Notes: generated from the sequence alone by a model not told the origin. Positions 23,347 to 35,491 are shown, counted from the first letter of the stretch. The stretch: DNA of 64,000 nucleotides from Azolla caroliniana (GCA_043228905.1 JBHGNT010000007.1:8866001-8930000); one strand, 5' to 3'. Numbers and translations are program-made.

Positions 23347-24968
23347 AGTTCTTAAAAGCTATAAAACAAGGAAGTGAGCTCATTGTCAAAGGTTGACACT
23401 CTGGGAAATTGAATGACCAAGCTTCAACGTTTGATGGAATTACGAATCACAAAGGTGCTTGAGAAGCCTACGACGATCAAGGTGACATGTTAAAAGATCA
23501 AAGATTTATCACGCTAATCTCCCAAGATATTCTCCCAAATTCCTTTTCATATTTTTTATCCTTCTCATCCTATGTGTAAGAAAACAATTGTATCTTGATT
23601 TTGTTCCATGAATTTATTGTAACATGTGAAAACTATTACCACCCTTCATGCATGAAACTCTATGTATATGGGAAAGGATGTAAATTGCATTTTAGTGATT
23701 CAAGGCTAAACAAAGATTGCTACTGAATTTTTGGTGCGAAAATCCAAGCACCGGAGGCAAAACTACACTCAAAACTATCTACTTTTTTTCTTTTTCAAAA
23801 TGAAGCTACTTTCCCATTACTTAGGAAGGATTATTACAAAGAGACTATACAAGGAGGCTTATACACAAAACGGGAAATCTCCCTCCAATCAAGATCAAGA
23901 AAATGAGACTACTTACATAGCCTTTCAAACTGACTACCTAAAGTAAGTAGATACCTCTAGCTAAAAGCAGTGGCCTTTAGTGTCGGTCAGTATGAGCCAA
24001 TCCTAGGGCCTACAACAAAGGGAGGGTGGCATGTGAGAAGGAAACAACCAACATGGGGGCTAGTAGTTCCATCTCGGGCCACTTCCTCCTAGCGTCACCA
24101 TAGGCGTGTTCTGCCATTTTTGCCAAAAGCGCAAATGGGTAGTGACCACATCATTGGATTGGTTGCATACCTCGTCCAATTGCCCTCGTAGGCTGCTGAT
24201 AAACGCGAACCATATATCCATGATTACTTCCTCTAGGGGCTGTACCAAATCTTGGAAAACCTTTAAGCATCGTGCTTTCCAGGCATACCACAAGGTGAAG
24301 CCTACGATCAACCTCCAAATTTCCAGGAACCTAGGGGATGCGGACAACAAGTGTCTCTCAAAACGGATCTTGACGATTTTGCCTCTCGTGCATACATAGG
24401 CTTTCGTCCACCTATCAACCGAGTGATCAATCCATCGCAACACTCCACGATGTTGTTCCTTCCACTTCACATGCCGCAAGGAGGTGAGTGACTCTGTCCC
24501 ATACATTTTGAGCTTGAGGGCAATCCCAAAGACAGTGTCTCTGAGACTCAATAGGTGAAGAGCAAAGTGGACAACCTATTGGGCCGCCACTTTTACCTAG
24601 CCATTCGCCAACGGGAACCACATTATGACCGATCTGCCACTAAAAGAGCTTGATCTTTTCAAGCATGTGGAGACACCAAAGACCCTTCCAAAAGGTAATG
24701 AGCACCTCGTCAGGGATGCCCAATGTTCGCCATCCATTACGAAGGGGACCATCGTAAAGTCCACCCCAATTTAGTGCTATATTCGAAGAAGTGGCGGAGT
24801 TTGCCATTATGTTTCCACCTAAAATCCCCTAGGTCCCATTCTAGTTCGACGAGGGAACGAGAACCGTATACCCATAACTTTCAATGGGGTTCCACCTTAG
24901 TAACATCTGTTGGGATATCGGTCCCTCCGGATGGGATGTCCGGAGATGAATGACGGCAAGCCCGGTTT

Positions 24969-25045
24969 CGGCTACGGAGCCGGATGATGAAGACCCTGGC
25001 TACGGAGCCGGATGACGAAGACCCCGGCTACGGAGCCGGACGACG
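24969..25045 (+). repeat. ~29-bp tandem repeat x3 in U3 of the Tork-like LTR (also 29699-29775)
   Basis: ggctacggagccggatgacgaagacccc units. Confidence 0.85.
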
Positions 25046-25216
25046 AATGTACCCGGAGAGAGAGATCCGGATGCGGGGACATATTTGTGAATATGTTTGC
25101 CAAGGGCCCTTGAGGCTATATTTGTAAATAGCCCGAAAGTCATATGTGTATAAATATGACTTAGGGCAAACTGTTGAAAGTTGTTGTTGCTCATTTTTCC
25201 TGCGTAGTGAGAGCAG

Positions 25217-25257
<41 letters not shown>

Positions 25258-25553
25258 GAAGAGGTCGTTGCCTCTGTGTATTACCGCCGCCTATGGCGAA
25301 GACAGTGAGTTCAAGGTCGTTGCCTTGAAGCTTCACCATTGTACATCTCTGTTCATAGTGATAGTTGGAGTTTGAGGACTCCCGTGGTTTTTCCCAGTTA
25401 GGGTTTTCCACGTAAAACATCCTGCGTACCTTTCTTTCTATTGTTTTCGTGCATTGTTGTATTTCCCGTTTTTCTGTGAATCGATCCTGTTCCTCGGTTG
25501 TGGCCGAGCACTGTGTTCATCAAATTCGTATCAGAGCGACGGTAACACAGAAA

Positions 25554-28500
25554 ATGGAAGGCGGCAGCAGTGGGCAGCCGGGGATGATGGTGCTGAATGC
25601 GCAGAACTACGCCGACTGGAAGATAAAGATGGAAGACCTTCTCATCGTCCGAGACCTGTACGAACCGATCGACAATGCCGAGATACCCAAGGGGGTAATA
25701 GAGTCGGAGTGGAAGCTCCTGAACCGGAAAGCTGTAGCGACGATCCGGCAATATGTCGATGTAAGTGTCCTGCAACATGTGGCGAACGATACGAACGCCT
25801 ATGAGATGTGGAAGAAGCTGTCGGGTCTCTACGAGAGGAAGAATGCGTTGAACCGGACCTCCCTGATGAGGAAGATAGTGAACCTCAAGTACCGGGACGG
25901 CGAGAGTATGGTGGAACACGTGAGCACGTTCATGGGATTCGTGAACCAGCTTGCGGCGATCAAGTTCCCGTTGGAGGATGCAATGCAAGCCATCATCCTG
26001 ATGTGTACATTGCCGGACAGCTGGGAGAACTTGGTGGTGACTCTCAGCACCTCCTGCACCGAAGATAACTTGTCCCTACAAACGGTAAAGACAAGTATTT
26101 TGAACGAAGAAGCGCGTCGGAGAGATAAGGAACAGGTTTCCGATCCGAAGGCGCTGCTTACCGAATCGGAACGGGGAAGACAATGGAACCGGAGTCCGCA
26201 AAGACGGGAGAAGTCGGGGACCCGGTCGCAGTCAAGAGGAAGACCCACATGCTTCCACTGTGGGAAGCCGGGGCACTTCCGGAAGAATTGTCGGCATTAC
26301 CGAAAGGACAACGGAGCCGACGACCCCGATTCGAAGAAGTCACCGGAGAGAAACGGTGCATACCGGGGAGCCATGGACCGGAGAGGTCCGGATCGGCGAG
26401 GGCAGGACCGGAAAGGAACGACGGCACTCGCGGCAAGTGAAGAAGAGATAATGCTCATTACCGAAGAGAGGGAGCTGAACCTTGCCGGTGAAGAGATGAC
26501 CTGGGTGGTCGATTCCGGAGCGTCGTTCCACCTGACCCCGGAGAAGAAATACTTCTCATCCTACACAGCCGGTGAGCACGGCTGTGTCCGGATGGGAAAT
26601 GAAGGTACATGCCGGATTGCCGGCATAGGAGACGTGTGGCTGATGACATCAACCGGATGCAAGATGCTGCTGAAGGATGTTCGACACGTTCCGGAGGTTC
26701 GATTGAACCTGATTTCGGCCGGGAGGCTAGATGATGAAGGCTACACAGGTAGCATCCGGAACGGTGTAATGAAGTTCAGCAAGGGGAGCCTGATAGTGGC
26801 TCGGGCCCGGAAGATCAACACTCTGTACCTCATGAATTCCCGGCTATGTCCGGAGGAACTGAACGTGGCAGCTGACACTGCCGGTGAGCTGTGGCACAAG
26901 AGACTGTGCCACATGAGTGAGAAGGGGATGAAGAGGCTTGCAGAAGACAACCTTATTCCAGTGAAGCATGTGCACCTGGAGAAGTGCACCGATTGCCTGG
27001 CCGGTAAACAGAACCGAACCTCCTTCCACTCAAGGCCACCGACGAGACGAAGCGCACCATTGGAGTTGGTGCACACTGACGTGTGTCAAGTAGAAACGAA
27101 GTCACATGGCGGAGCCCAGTACTTCGTGACTTTCATTGATGATCACAGCCGGAAGCTGTGGACAGCACCGTTGAAGACAAAGGACCAAGTATTGTCCGTC
27201 TTCAAAGAACTCCACGCGAGAGTGGAAAGGGAATCCGGCAAGAAGCTGAAAGCGATACGAGCGGATAACGGAGGGGAATACCGGGGGCAGTTCCAGGAGT
27301 ACTGTCGCTCGAAGGGAATCCGGCTCGAGTTTACTGTGCCGAAGACGCCGGAACTGAACGGGCTGGCCGAGAGGATGAACCGGACCATAATGGAGAGGGT
27401 CCGGAGTATGCTGGCGCATGCGGAATTACCCAAGGGGTTTTGGGCTGAGGCAATGTCAACGGCGACATACGTGATAAACAGATCACCCTCAGTACCTTTG
27501 GACGGAGACACGCCGCAGAAAGTGTGGACCGGTAAGGAAGTGTCCTACCGGCACCTGAAGGTGTTCGGGTGTCTCGCATACGTGCATGTGGCAAAGGACC
27601 GGAGAGGAAAGTTAGATCCAAAGACCCGGCCATGCATATTCCTCGGTTACGGCGACGACGAGTTCGGCTACCGAGTATGGGACCCGGTCGACAAGAAGAT
27701 ATTCAGGAGTCGAGATATCATCTTCATGGAGGACAAGACACTCGCCGACTGGGAGTCGGAGAAGAAGATGAAGAGCTCCAAGTCGACCGGTGAGGATAAA
27801 CTCTACGAGGAGCAGTCCCGACCGGTAAGGGACCGGTTAGCACTCGAGGATCCGGCCGAAGACGGTGAAGAAACAGGACCGGCCGAAGAAGATGAAAATG
27901 ATACCGGAACCGGCCCCGATCCCGAAACGGATTCGGACGAAGAAGAATCGGAAGAACCGGTTACCGAAGCTCCGGAACGGAGATATCCTCTAAGAGAGAG
28001 AAGGGCCCCCCGGAGATTTCCGGAACCAGAGCACGTGCTGCTAACCGACGAGGGGGAGCCAGAGAGCTTTGAAGAAGCAAAGCATGACACCCAGAGCCGC
28101 AAATGGTTGAGTGCCATGCAGGACGAGATGGATTCCCTGCATGAGAACCACACATATGAACTTGTGGAGTTGCCGAAAGGAAAGCGGGCACTTCGAAACA
28201 AGTGGGTGTTCAAGCTGAAACCGGGAGATGCCGGAAACCCCCCGAGATACAAAGCCAGGATCGTGGTGAAGGGGTTTCAGCAGAAGAAGGGTGTCGACTT
28301 CGACGAGATATTTGCCCCGGTAGTGAAGATGACCTCCATCCGGACGGTGCTGAGCATAGCGGCAAGCATGGACCTCGAGGTAGAACAGATGGACGTGAAG
28401 ACGGCATTCCTTCACGGTGACCTCGAAGAAGAGATCTACATGCAGCAACCGGAAGGATTCGAGAAGAAAGGGAAGGAGCACCTGGTATGCCGGTTGAAGA

Positions 28501-29627
28501 AGAGCCTTTACGGTCTGAAGCAGGCTCCCCGGCAATGGTACCGGAAATTCGACTCTTTCATGACAGACGAAGGGTACCACAAAACGCAGTCCGATCACTG
28601 CGTGTTTGTGAAGAAGTTCGAAGGAGGAGACTTTCTAATACTCCTCCTGTACGTGGACGACATGTTGATCGTCGGACGGGACCAGGTCAAGATACGGATG
28701 CTGAAGAAGGCTCTTCACCGAACCTTCTCAATGAAGGACTTGGGTCCGGCGAGGCAAATACTAGGGATGCACATCATCCGGGACCGGAAGAAGAAGCAGT
28801 TGTGGCTGTCACAGGAGAAGTATGTGACAAAGGTGCTTCAACGGTTCAACATGTCGGAAGCAAGACCGGTCGGGTCGACCCTCCCGGCAAACTGCAAGTT
28901 ATCTGGCAAGCAAAGTCCCAAGACAAAAGTTGAGAAGGAGGATATGATGAAGATACCATATGCCTCTGCCGTCGGGAGCTTGATGTACGCAATGGTGTGT
29001 ACAAGACCAGACATAGGATATGCAGTCGGAGTGGTGAGCCGGTACATGAGCAATCCCGGCAAAGAGCACTGGAACGCGGTCAAGTGGATACTCCGATATC
29101 TGAAGGGCACGGCAAACGTGTGCCTCCGATTCGGCTCCGGTAAGCCCGAACTCGACGGCTTTACCGACTCGGATATGTCGGCTGATGCAGATACCAGCCG
29201 GTCCACATCAGGGTATGTGATGACGTATGCAGGGGGAGCTGTTTCGTGGCAGTCGAGGCTGCAGAAAACGGTTGCGTTGTCAACCACGGAGGCGGAGTAC
29301 ATGGCGGCTGTTGAAGCCGGCAAGGAAATAATATGGATGAAGGACTTCATTAGAGAGCTCGGTATCCGGCAGGAGGAGTACCGGCTCTACTGCGACAGTC
29401 AGAGTGCCATCCACCTTGCGAAGAACGCGGCCTACCATTCCCGGACGAAACACATCCAACGTAGATACCACTGGATCCGGGAAAGGATAGAAGACAAGGA
29501 GTTCGTGCTGACGAAGATCCACACGGACGAGAACGGGTCGGATATGCTGACCAAGGTGCTCACACCCGACAAGCTGGAAGCATGCCGGAAGAGAATCGGA
29601 TTGGAGAGACATCCCATGCCGAAGTGA
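25554..29627 (+). CDS. Uninterrupted copia Gag-Pol polyprotein (~1357 aa from the first ATG after the PBS)
   Basis: CFHCGKPGHFRKNC, WVVDSGAS, LWHKRLCH...CTDC, VHTDVC/RADNGGEY/AERMNRT, YKARIVVKG, LYVDD, FTDSD, STTEAEY, RTKHI; no stops. Confidence 0.95.
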   Translation: MEGGSSGQPGMMVLNAQNYADWKIKMEDLLIVRDLYEPIDNAEIPKGVIESEWKLLNRKAVATIRQYVDVSVLQHVANDTNAYEMWKKLSGLYERKNALNRTSLMRKIVNLKYRDGESMVEHVSTFMGFVNQLAAIKFPLEDAMQAIILMCTLPDSWENLVVTLSTSCTEDNLSLQTVKTSILNEEARRRDKEQVSDPKALLTESERGRQWNRSPQRREKSGTRSQSRGRPTCFHCGKPGHFRKNCRHYRKDNGADDPDSKKSPERNGAYRGAMDRRGPDRRGQDRKGTTALAASEEEIMLITEERELNLAGEEMTWVVDSGASFHLTPEKKYFSSYTAGEHGCVRMGNEGTCRIAGIGDVWLMTSTGCKMLLKDVRHVPEVRLNLISAGRLDDEGYTGSIRNGVMKFSKGSLIVARARKINTLYLMNSRLCPEELNVAADTAGELWHKRLCHMSEKGMKRLAEDNLIPVKHVHLEKCTDCLAGKQNRTSFHSRPPTRRSAPLELVHTDVCQVETKSHGGAQYFVTFIDDHSRKLWTAPLKTKDQVLSVFKELHARVERESGKKLKAIRADNGGEYRGQFQEYCRSKGIRLEFTVPKTPELNGLAERMNRTIMERVRSMLAHAELPKGFWAEAMSTATYVINRSPSVPLDGDTPQKVWTGKEVSYRHLKVFGCLAYVHVAKDRRGKLDPKTRPCIFLGYGDDEFGYRVWDPVDKKIFRSRDIIFMEDKTLADWESEKKMKSSKSTGEDKLYEEQSRPVRDRLALEDPAEDGEETGPAEEDENDTGTGPDPETDSDEEESEEPVTEAPERRYPLRERRAPRRFPEPEHVLLTDEGEPESFEEAKHDTQSRKWLSAMQDEMDSLHENHTYELVELPKGKRALRNKWVFKLKPGDAGNPPRYKARIVVKGFQQKKGVDFDEIFAPVVKMTSIRTVLSIAASMDLEVEQMDVKTAFLHGDLEEEIYMQQPEGFEKKGKEHLVCRLKKSLYGLKQAPRQWYRKFDSFMTDEGYHKTQSDHCVFVKKFEGGDFLILLLYVDDMLIVGRDQVKIRMLKKALHRTFSMKDLGPARQILGMHIIRDRKKKQLWLSQEKYVTKVLQRFNMSEARPVGSTLPANCKLSGKQSPKTKVEKEDMMKIPYASAVGSLMYAMVCTRPDIGYAVGVVSRYMSNPGKEHWNAVKWILRYLKGTANVCLRFGSGKPELDGFTDSDMSADADTSRSTSGYVMTYAGGAVSWQSRLQKTVALSTTEAEYMAAVEAGKEIIWMKDFIRELGIRQEEYRLYCDSQSAIHLAKNAAYHSRTKHIQRRYHWIRERIEDKEFVLTKIHTDENGSDMLTKVLTPDKLEACRKRIGLERHPMPK

Positions 29628-29946
29628 AGGGGGAGTTTGTTGGGATATCGGTCCCTCCGGATGGGATGTCCGGAGATGAATGACGGCAAGCCCGGTTTCG
29701 GCTACGGAGCCGGATGATGAAGACCCCGGCTACGGAGCCGGATGACGAAGACCCCGGCTACAGAGCCGGACGACGAATGTACCCGGAGAGAGAGATCCGG
29801 ATGCGGGGACATATTTGTAAATATGTTTGCCAAGGGCCCTTGAGGCTATATTTGTAAATAGCCCGAAAGTCATATGTGTATAAATATGACTTAGGGCAAA
29901 CTGTTGAAAGTTGTTGTTGCTCATTTTTCCTGCGTAGTGAGAGCAG

Positions 29947-29987
<41 letters not shown>

Positions 29988-32900
29988 GAAGAGGTCGTTG
30001 CCTCTGTGTATTACCGCCGCCTATGGCGAAGACAGTGAGTTCAAGGTCGTTGCCTTGAAGCTTCACCATTGTACATCTCTGTTCATAGTGATAGTTGGAG
30101 TTTGAGGACTCCCGTGGTTTTTCCCAGTTAGGGTTTTCCACGTAAAACATCCTGCGTACCTTTCTTTCTATTGTTTTCGTGCATTGTTGTATTTCCCGTT
30201 TTTCTGTGAATCGATCCTGTTCCTCGGTTGTGGCCGAGCACTGTGTTCATCAACATTTGGGTCTGTCTTCCAGATGTTATCAACCTGCGCCACGACTTGA
30301 ACTGGGTGCCAAGTGCCCCACTCTGACTCTCCCCAAAAAATGTATCTCTTCCCGATCCACTCACGCCCTTCAACAACTTAACCATTCCAGCCTCATCAAA
30401 GAGACCGAACCATGCATCTTCTCGCACTTCCCCCATCGGAACCCTATCAACTGCCTCAGTTATCAATCTCCGCATTTTCGTAGCTCCCTTGAGGGGAGGG
30501 AATGGGTCCTCCTAGGCTCCCCTTGTAGCAACGATGCGTCTCCAATAGCCTATAGAGTGAAGCCTTGTCTGCGCCAACTTTCCCCATGCGAGGCCCTTAA
30601 GTTGCCTAACATCATGTCGTCACTTGTTCGCACCTGAGGATTCCAAAATAAAGTGTCTAGTCCACTCAATTAGTGTCTCCGGGGTGTGTTTGAGCAAATG
30701 TTGTTGCACATGACACCATGCCTGCAAGATGGTGTTTGTTACCCTGTCCTCCGGTTGACAAGCCATCTTGGGTGGGACTCCCCTCGTGCAACACCTCAAA
30801 ATTGTCTACTTGGAAAGAGTCAAGTTTCATTCCTAGACTTCTTGAATGATCGATGCATCATTGTCGAGTTGTTCCCCACAAGGATTTTGACAAAATTGTG
30901 TTTCAAAATTTTGAGTATTGGAAAGGGATTTTTGTGGAAACAAAGTTGATGACCTATGGGACTTAATCCCACTGTTTTTTAGTACAAAAACTCCATCACC
31001 CTCCCATTGGATGATGCTAATGTGTGCAAACATACTAATTACACTAAGGTACTTTCGTGGAAATATAAATAAATTCACAAAGATATGAAACCTTCAAGGA
31101 AATTTTGGTTTTAGGGCATCATTAGATAGTGACAATAAAGCACCAAAGGTGGTGATGACACTCCAATGAGTATTAGGTTGATGCAATTTTGATACTTGTA
31201 TTAATGCACAATTAGTATGTTATATGACTACATTGTTCTTCATTAATATCAACTTCTTAAATTGCTAGCATGAACCAATAGGTTTTTTCCAAGGAAAAAG
31301 TAAAAATGGGGGAAATTTCTTCTTGGATCTCTTTGTACAATAAAGAGTTGTAAGGATGTTCATTGTTTGATAAGGCATTTCCAAACATAAACTAGTCATT
31401 ATGAAGGAAATCATAAAAAAACAAACCAATTCCCGATTTTCGTAAGGGTAAAAAGCTACATCATTTGGTGGCAAAGCCAAAACATGCACATCTACTTATT
31501 TCATTTGAAGACATGTACTTCACAACAACTTTTCAAACTAGGCTTCCAAACAAATGCCATTCATTCTTGATCATTTTTCATGGAATGTTGCTTTAAAGTT
31601 ATAACATTGTCTTTTCCACTCTAGGCATCTAAGGAGAGAACCTCATTTGACCTTCATCCCTTACAATGGCCCAAATTTCAAACTACAAAGCCCATTGATA
31701 GTAGAATGCATGTGATAGAGGTGGAATATTTCGTGGTTGGTAAAAGTATCGAAATGGTGGGATGTGCTATGATTAATATCCAATGAAGGACACTAGATAC
31801 AACGAATACTTGGAATGTTGCTCCAACTTTGAAAGGCTACATCTGGAGTAAAGGGAGATGAATCAATGAGACATGTTATGATGGGTAACCTACAATCTAC
31901 ATCTTATTATCCATCAACATATTGTAGGTTAGGAGCAAGGGGTGATAATACAAGTTAGGGGGTAGAATAGTGATGGATGGATTCATATGAGTTGTTGGAT
32001 TTTCAACCAGAGTTGGAATAGGAAGTCCAAATCAAGACGATAAGTTTTTAGAATGTGATACTTGGAATTAAAGGAGTTGGCATGAAATTAGTTTGAATGA
32101 TTAGAATTAGAGCTGGAAGGTAAACATTGAGATTGAATTGAATGCAAATTCAAGATGAAAGTGTGGTATGATTACGACACAAGAAGCTTATTTTTTTCAC
32201 ATGGTTCCTCTTATGTTTGTCTAAATAATAATGTGGAAGTGAGTGCACTATTTATAGTTATTTCTAGGTTTCTTCCTATTCAATGGTAAAACAAAGATAT
32301 TATCACAAAAGGTAATGATAATCCATGTAATAGTGTAGCCAAGGTGTCGTGGAAGTGTGCATTTGAACCCATGACCTCATGTTGGCAGTCACAATGTTGG
32401 AAACAAGATAAGGAGGCAACACGATCACAATTCGTGTACTTGTTGCAAGTGCAACGATACTGGTTGATAGTTGAGGCAATGCAATCAAGGTAGTTGGCTT
32501 GTTGCCTTGATGCAATGGCCCATAGCTTGTGTAGGCCTTTCGAACACATGGGCGATTGGATATCACGGTTGCCAACAATAGGAGTAGTCTCGAGCCACTA
32601 TCCCTCCTTCTCATCACATTCATTCCCATCCTCCTTAGAATCTAATACAAAGTAATTAAGATATGTTGTTATATATAACATGGGTGTTTATGAAGCTTAC
32701 ATGTACCCTATTCAAGCATTCAAAGATCTCACCTTCTTAAAGGACCTTGCCCTTTTTTGTCACACTTTTCATTGTTCTTGTCGTCTTTTCTTCTTTAAAA
32801 TTTCACTTCAATGCTTCATTGCATGTCTTTTAAATCAGAGGAAGAGATAGAGAGGCACATTTACGAGCACCATTCTTGGGAACTCTTGAGGGGGGGCTTG

Positions 32901-33176
32901 TGTCTACTTTCTATGAAATATTAAATAGAATTGATGGTTTAGGGAATGCTTTGAGAATAGGAAAAACTTGTAAGTACTCATCATGAGATTACGGAAAACT
33001 ACGAAAAACCTATCTCACGATAAATTATAGTTATGCGCGTAAAACTTGTATTCACACTTCACTAGAGGTGTTCTGTGATAAAACATTCACCCAAAGGATT
33101 GAGAATAACTCAATCATTACCTTGGCCAACCACCACCTTCACTTTTCATTAGAAGGGGGAAATGTAATAGACAAGT

Positions 33177-33569
33177 TGCCACGATGGAATGTAGGGGGTT
33201 GAACCCATGACCTCCTGGTCTTATTAGGCAAGACCCCTTACCAATTGAGCTACATCCATCTATAGATTATTACATTGATTCATCTTTAGAACTTTCAAGA
33301 AACTTCAAGAGAATGCATCTTCATGCACTCTCTAGAAGTTTCCTAGTTTACATGCATATCTCCACATTCTTGTATAAATACTTGGGTGCACCTTGATTAC
33401 AATCAAGGTGAACAACACCAGTTACAGAAGCATAATATCAGTTCTTGTTCTCTTGTCTATATTCTCTCTCTCTCTTTCTTGTACTCTGCTTACGCTCTCT
33501 CTCTCTCTCTCTCTCTCTCTCAACTCTCTCTTTCTCTTAGTATTTAGCCTCGTCTACTCGTCCGTGATA
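33177..33569 (+). mobile_element. Probable solo LTR of chromovirus type (tRNA-like module, HSE, TATA, CT tract)
   Basis: tgccacg...cgtgata ends (decayed TGTCACG/CGTGACA); same internal order as LTR A and the 3' LTR of B. No clear TSD. Confidence 0.6.
33183..33260 (-). other. tRNA-like cloverleaf inside an LTR (not called as a functional tRNA gene)
   Basis: Minus strand GATGGATG TAGCTCAATTGG TAAGG GGTCTT-GCCTAAT-AAGACC AGGAGGTC ATGGGTTCAACCCCCTA CATTCCATC: acceptor-like ends, A box, 6-bp stem with 7-nt loop, B box. Confidence 0.7.
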
Positions 33570-33971
33570 GGAAGGGAAATTTTTTGTTTTGTTTTAGGGC
33601 TTGAATTTTCAGACCAAAAATCCCGTTGAAATCATTATGGGAGTGGTTTGATGGTAGAGTGCCAACGACTTGAAAGTGTAGGCTCAAATCTAATAATCGG
33701 CAACGATTTGGTGTGGTTTGAGAGTGTCAAAACCGAACTGTTTAAAAAATTTCAAACTTGAACCGAACCGAACTACGAAACTGGTAAACCGAACCGTTTA
33801 AAAAAATTCAAACGGTTAAAACCGCAATTCATCTCTTAGTACTAATCGCCTCTCTGTCTCGGTACTATTCCTGATAGTTTGAACCGATTTTTCTCCTTCC
33901 TCCTCTTCCTTTTATCTTCTTACTTCTCCCTCCCTTGATACTAATCTCTTATTCCTCTTTTCTCTCATACT

Positions 33972-34869
33972 ATGGTCACTGTTAGCGCTCAAGAATATCA
34001 AATCGTTTTCTCGGAGTTGCAATGCTTGAAAGAGAAGTTTCTCACATTGGCACAAGAAAATCAACAACTGTTGGGAGATCTTCAACAAATCTCCTTAGAA
34101 AAGCAGCAGACGCAACAGCAACATGGGGAGCTAGCGTTACACGTGCAACAACTCGAAACAACCATTATAGTTTTGCAACAACAAGGACCAAGTATGCAAG
34201 GGATTCATAAAGAACCCAAGATCGGCCTTCCTATGAAATTCAATGGAACACGATCACAGTTTAGAGGATTCCTTAATCAGGTACGATTAGTCGTTTAAAT
34301 GCATCCTTCCCGATATCCCACCGATGCATCACAAGTGGGTCTAGTAGGCACGTTGTTAAGTGGCTCAACTTTGGCATGGTTCGCTCCGTTGTTAGAAAAT
34401 GAATCTCCATTACTAAACAATTTTGAAGAGTTTATAATTGAGTTTAAAGCCCGTTTTGGAGATACTGATAGCATCAAGACAACAATCAACAAAATCTGAC
34501 AATTATGTCAAGGCGACTGTCCAGCCTTTGCATATGCTACAAATTTCTGTCTACTCGCCTCCGATATCCCCTGGGATGACCAAGCATTAATGGAACAATT
34601 TCGTTATGGCCTACGTAACGATGTTAGGGATTTACTCTTGACCTTCCCCCAAGAACCAAAGTCATTGACAGAAGCAATTAGTCGCGCAATACGACGCGAT
34701 AACCTCCTCTTCGAATGACACTCGGAACGTCAGTTTCAAATGCTGAGGGCAAGATCGGAGCCCACCTACGCTTCAGTTGTAGCAAAGCCTTTCCCAAGGT
34801 ATTCATTTAATATGTCTCTAACAAATACTCCGACTCCAATGGAAATCGACACAACATGTTGTTGCGGAC
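33972..34869 (+). pseudogene. Element B gag fragment
   Basis: EPKIGLPMKFNG...FRGFLNQ, TLLSGSTLAWF, later ...PTPMEID; contains stops. Confidence 0.85.
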
Positions 34870-34915
34870 TGTAAAGGATCAAGAGATGGATTCTTGTGAA
34901 GCGGAATAGGTGTGA

Positions 34916-34957
<42 letters not shown>

Positions 34958-35491
34958 ATAGATAGAGAGAGAGACACACACAGAGTATACGCAAGGTTAA
35001 GTATATTAACAAAGGGGAAAGACACAACTACATACAAGGTGGGAGGAGGGTGCTTTATATAGTCACCGTCTCTCTTCATTAACAACAAGACTCATGGAGC
35101 ATGGGGAATGTGAAAGCTCATAAGTTATGTGTCATAGAATATGATTCTATGACTCATACTAAATGCTAGAATACAAAGTGGTGACTTAATGGTGACTCTT
35201 GACCGTTGGAGTGTCTTTTCACTCTCAAGGTGAGTTCACACACAAGACCAAGTTGAGCTTGATTCTCAACACGCCCCCTCAAGCTCAAGTCGGGTCGGTT
35301 TCAGGTGGTATCCAAAAATACGCTTCGACTTGCGTTCCGGAGTCCGCGTCAACTTGCGTTGATTCGCATTTATGCGGAGTTACGGGATCCATGCTCTAGC
35401 TTGCATTGTGCATAGTTGCGAAGTCTGTGCTTCGGCTTGCGTCTTTCTTCGCAACTTTGCACAGTAGATCAGCTTCGTTGCGTGGTTGCGT

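Larger units (their letters stand above)
24908..30252 (+). mobile_element. Structurally complete, recent Ty1/copia element (Tnt1/Tork-like)
   Basis: LTRs 24908-25522 and 29638-30252 (615 bp, ~3 differences seen); variant PBS tcgtatcagagc 25526-25537; PPT gaagggggag; TSD acatc/acatt. Confidence 0.97.
23784..30794 (-). mobile_element. 5'-truncated, decayed L1-type LINE (ORF2 C-terminal zf-RVT region), split by a copia insertion
   Basis: CPLCSSPIESQRHCLWDC and LWYAWKARC motifs; poly(T) at 23783-23796 (poly(A) on minus). ~16-bp TSD ctcaaaactatctact (23768-23783) / ctcaaaattgtctact (30795-30810). Confidence 0.8.

Noticed and set aside
25449-25553. N-terminal 35 aa of the listed 1392-aa ORF
   Set aside because: It starts at a non-ATG codon inside the LTR/PBS; the plausible start is ATG 25554. 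The same applies to 44731-45210 for element E and 55593-55892 for element F.
25800-29700. Numerous antisense and alternate-frame ORFs over GC-rich retroelement genes (also 39000-45000 and 49600-58600)
   Set aside because: Shadow ORFs expected from GC-rich codon usage; no recognisable motifs.
32880-33170. Additional PPT/LTR starts (gagggggggct-tg; agaagggggaaa-tg)
   Set aside because: No partner LTR, TSD or coding remnant could be found, so they are too degraded to call.
33183-33260. Functional amber-suppressor tRNA (loop centre CTA)
   Set aside because: No U33, imperfect D and T stems, located inside an LTR, and the loop is not conserved in the 21164 copy.
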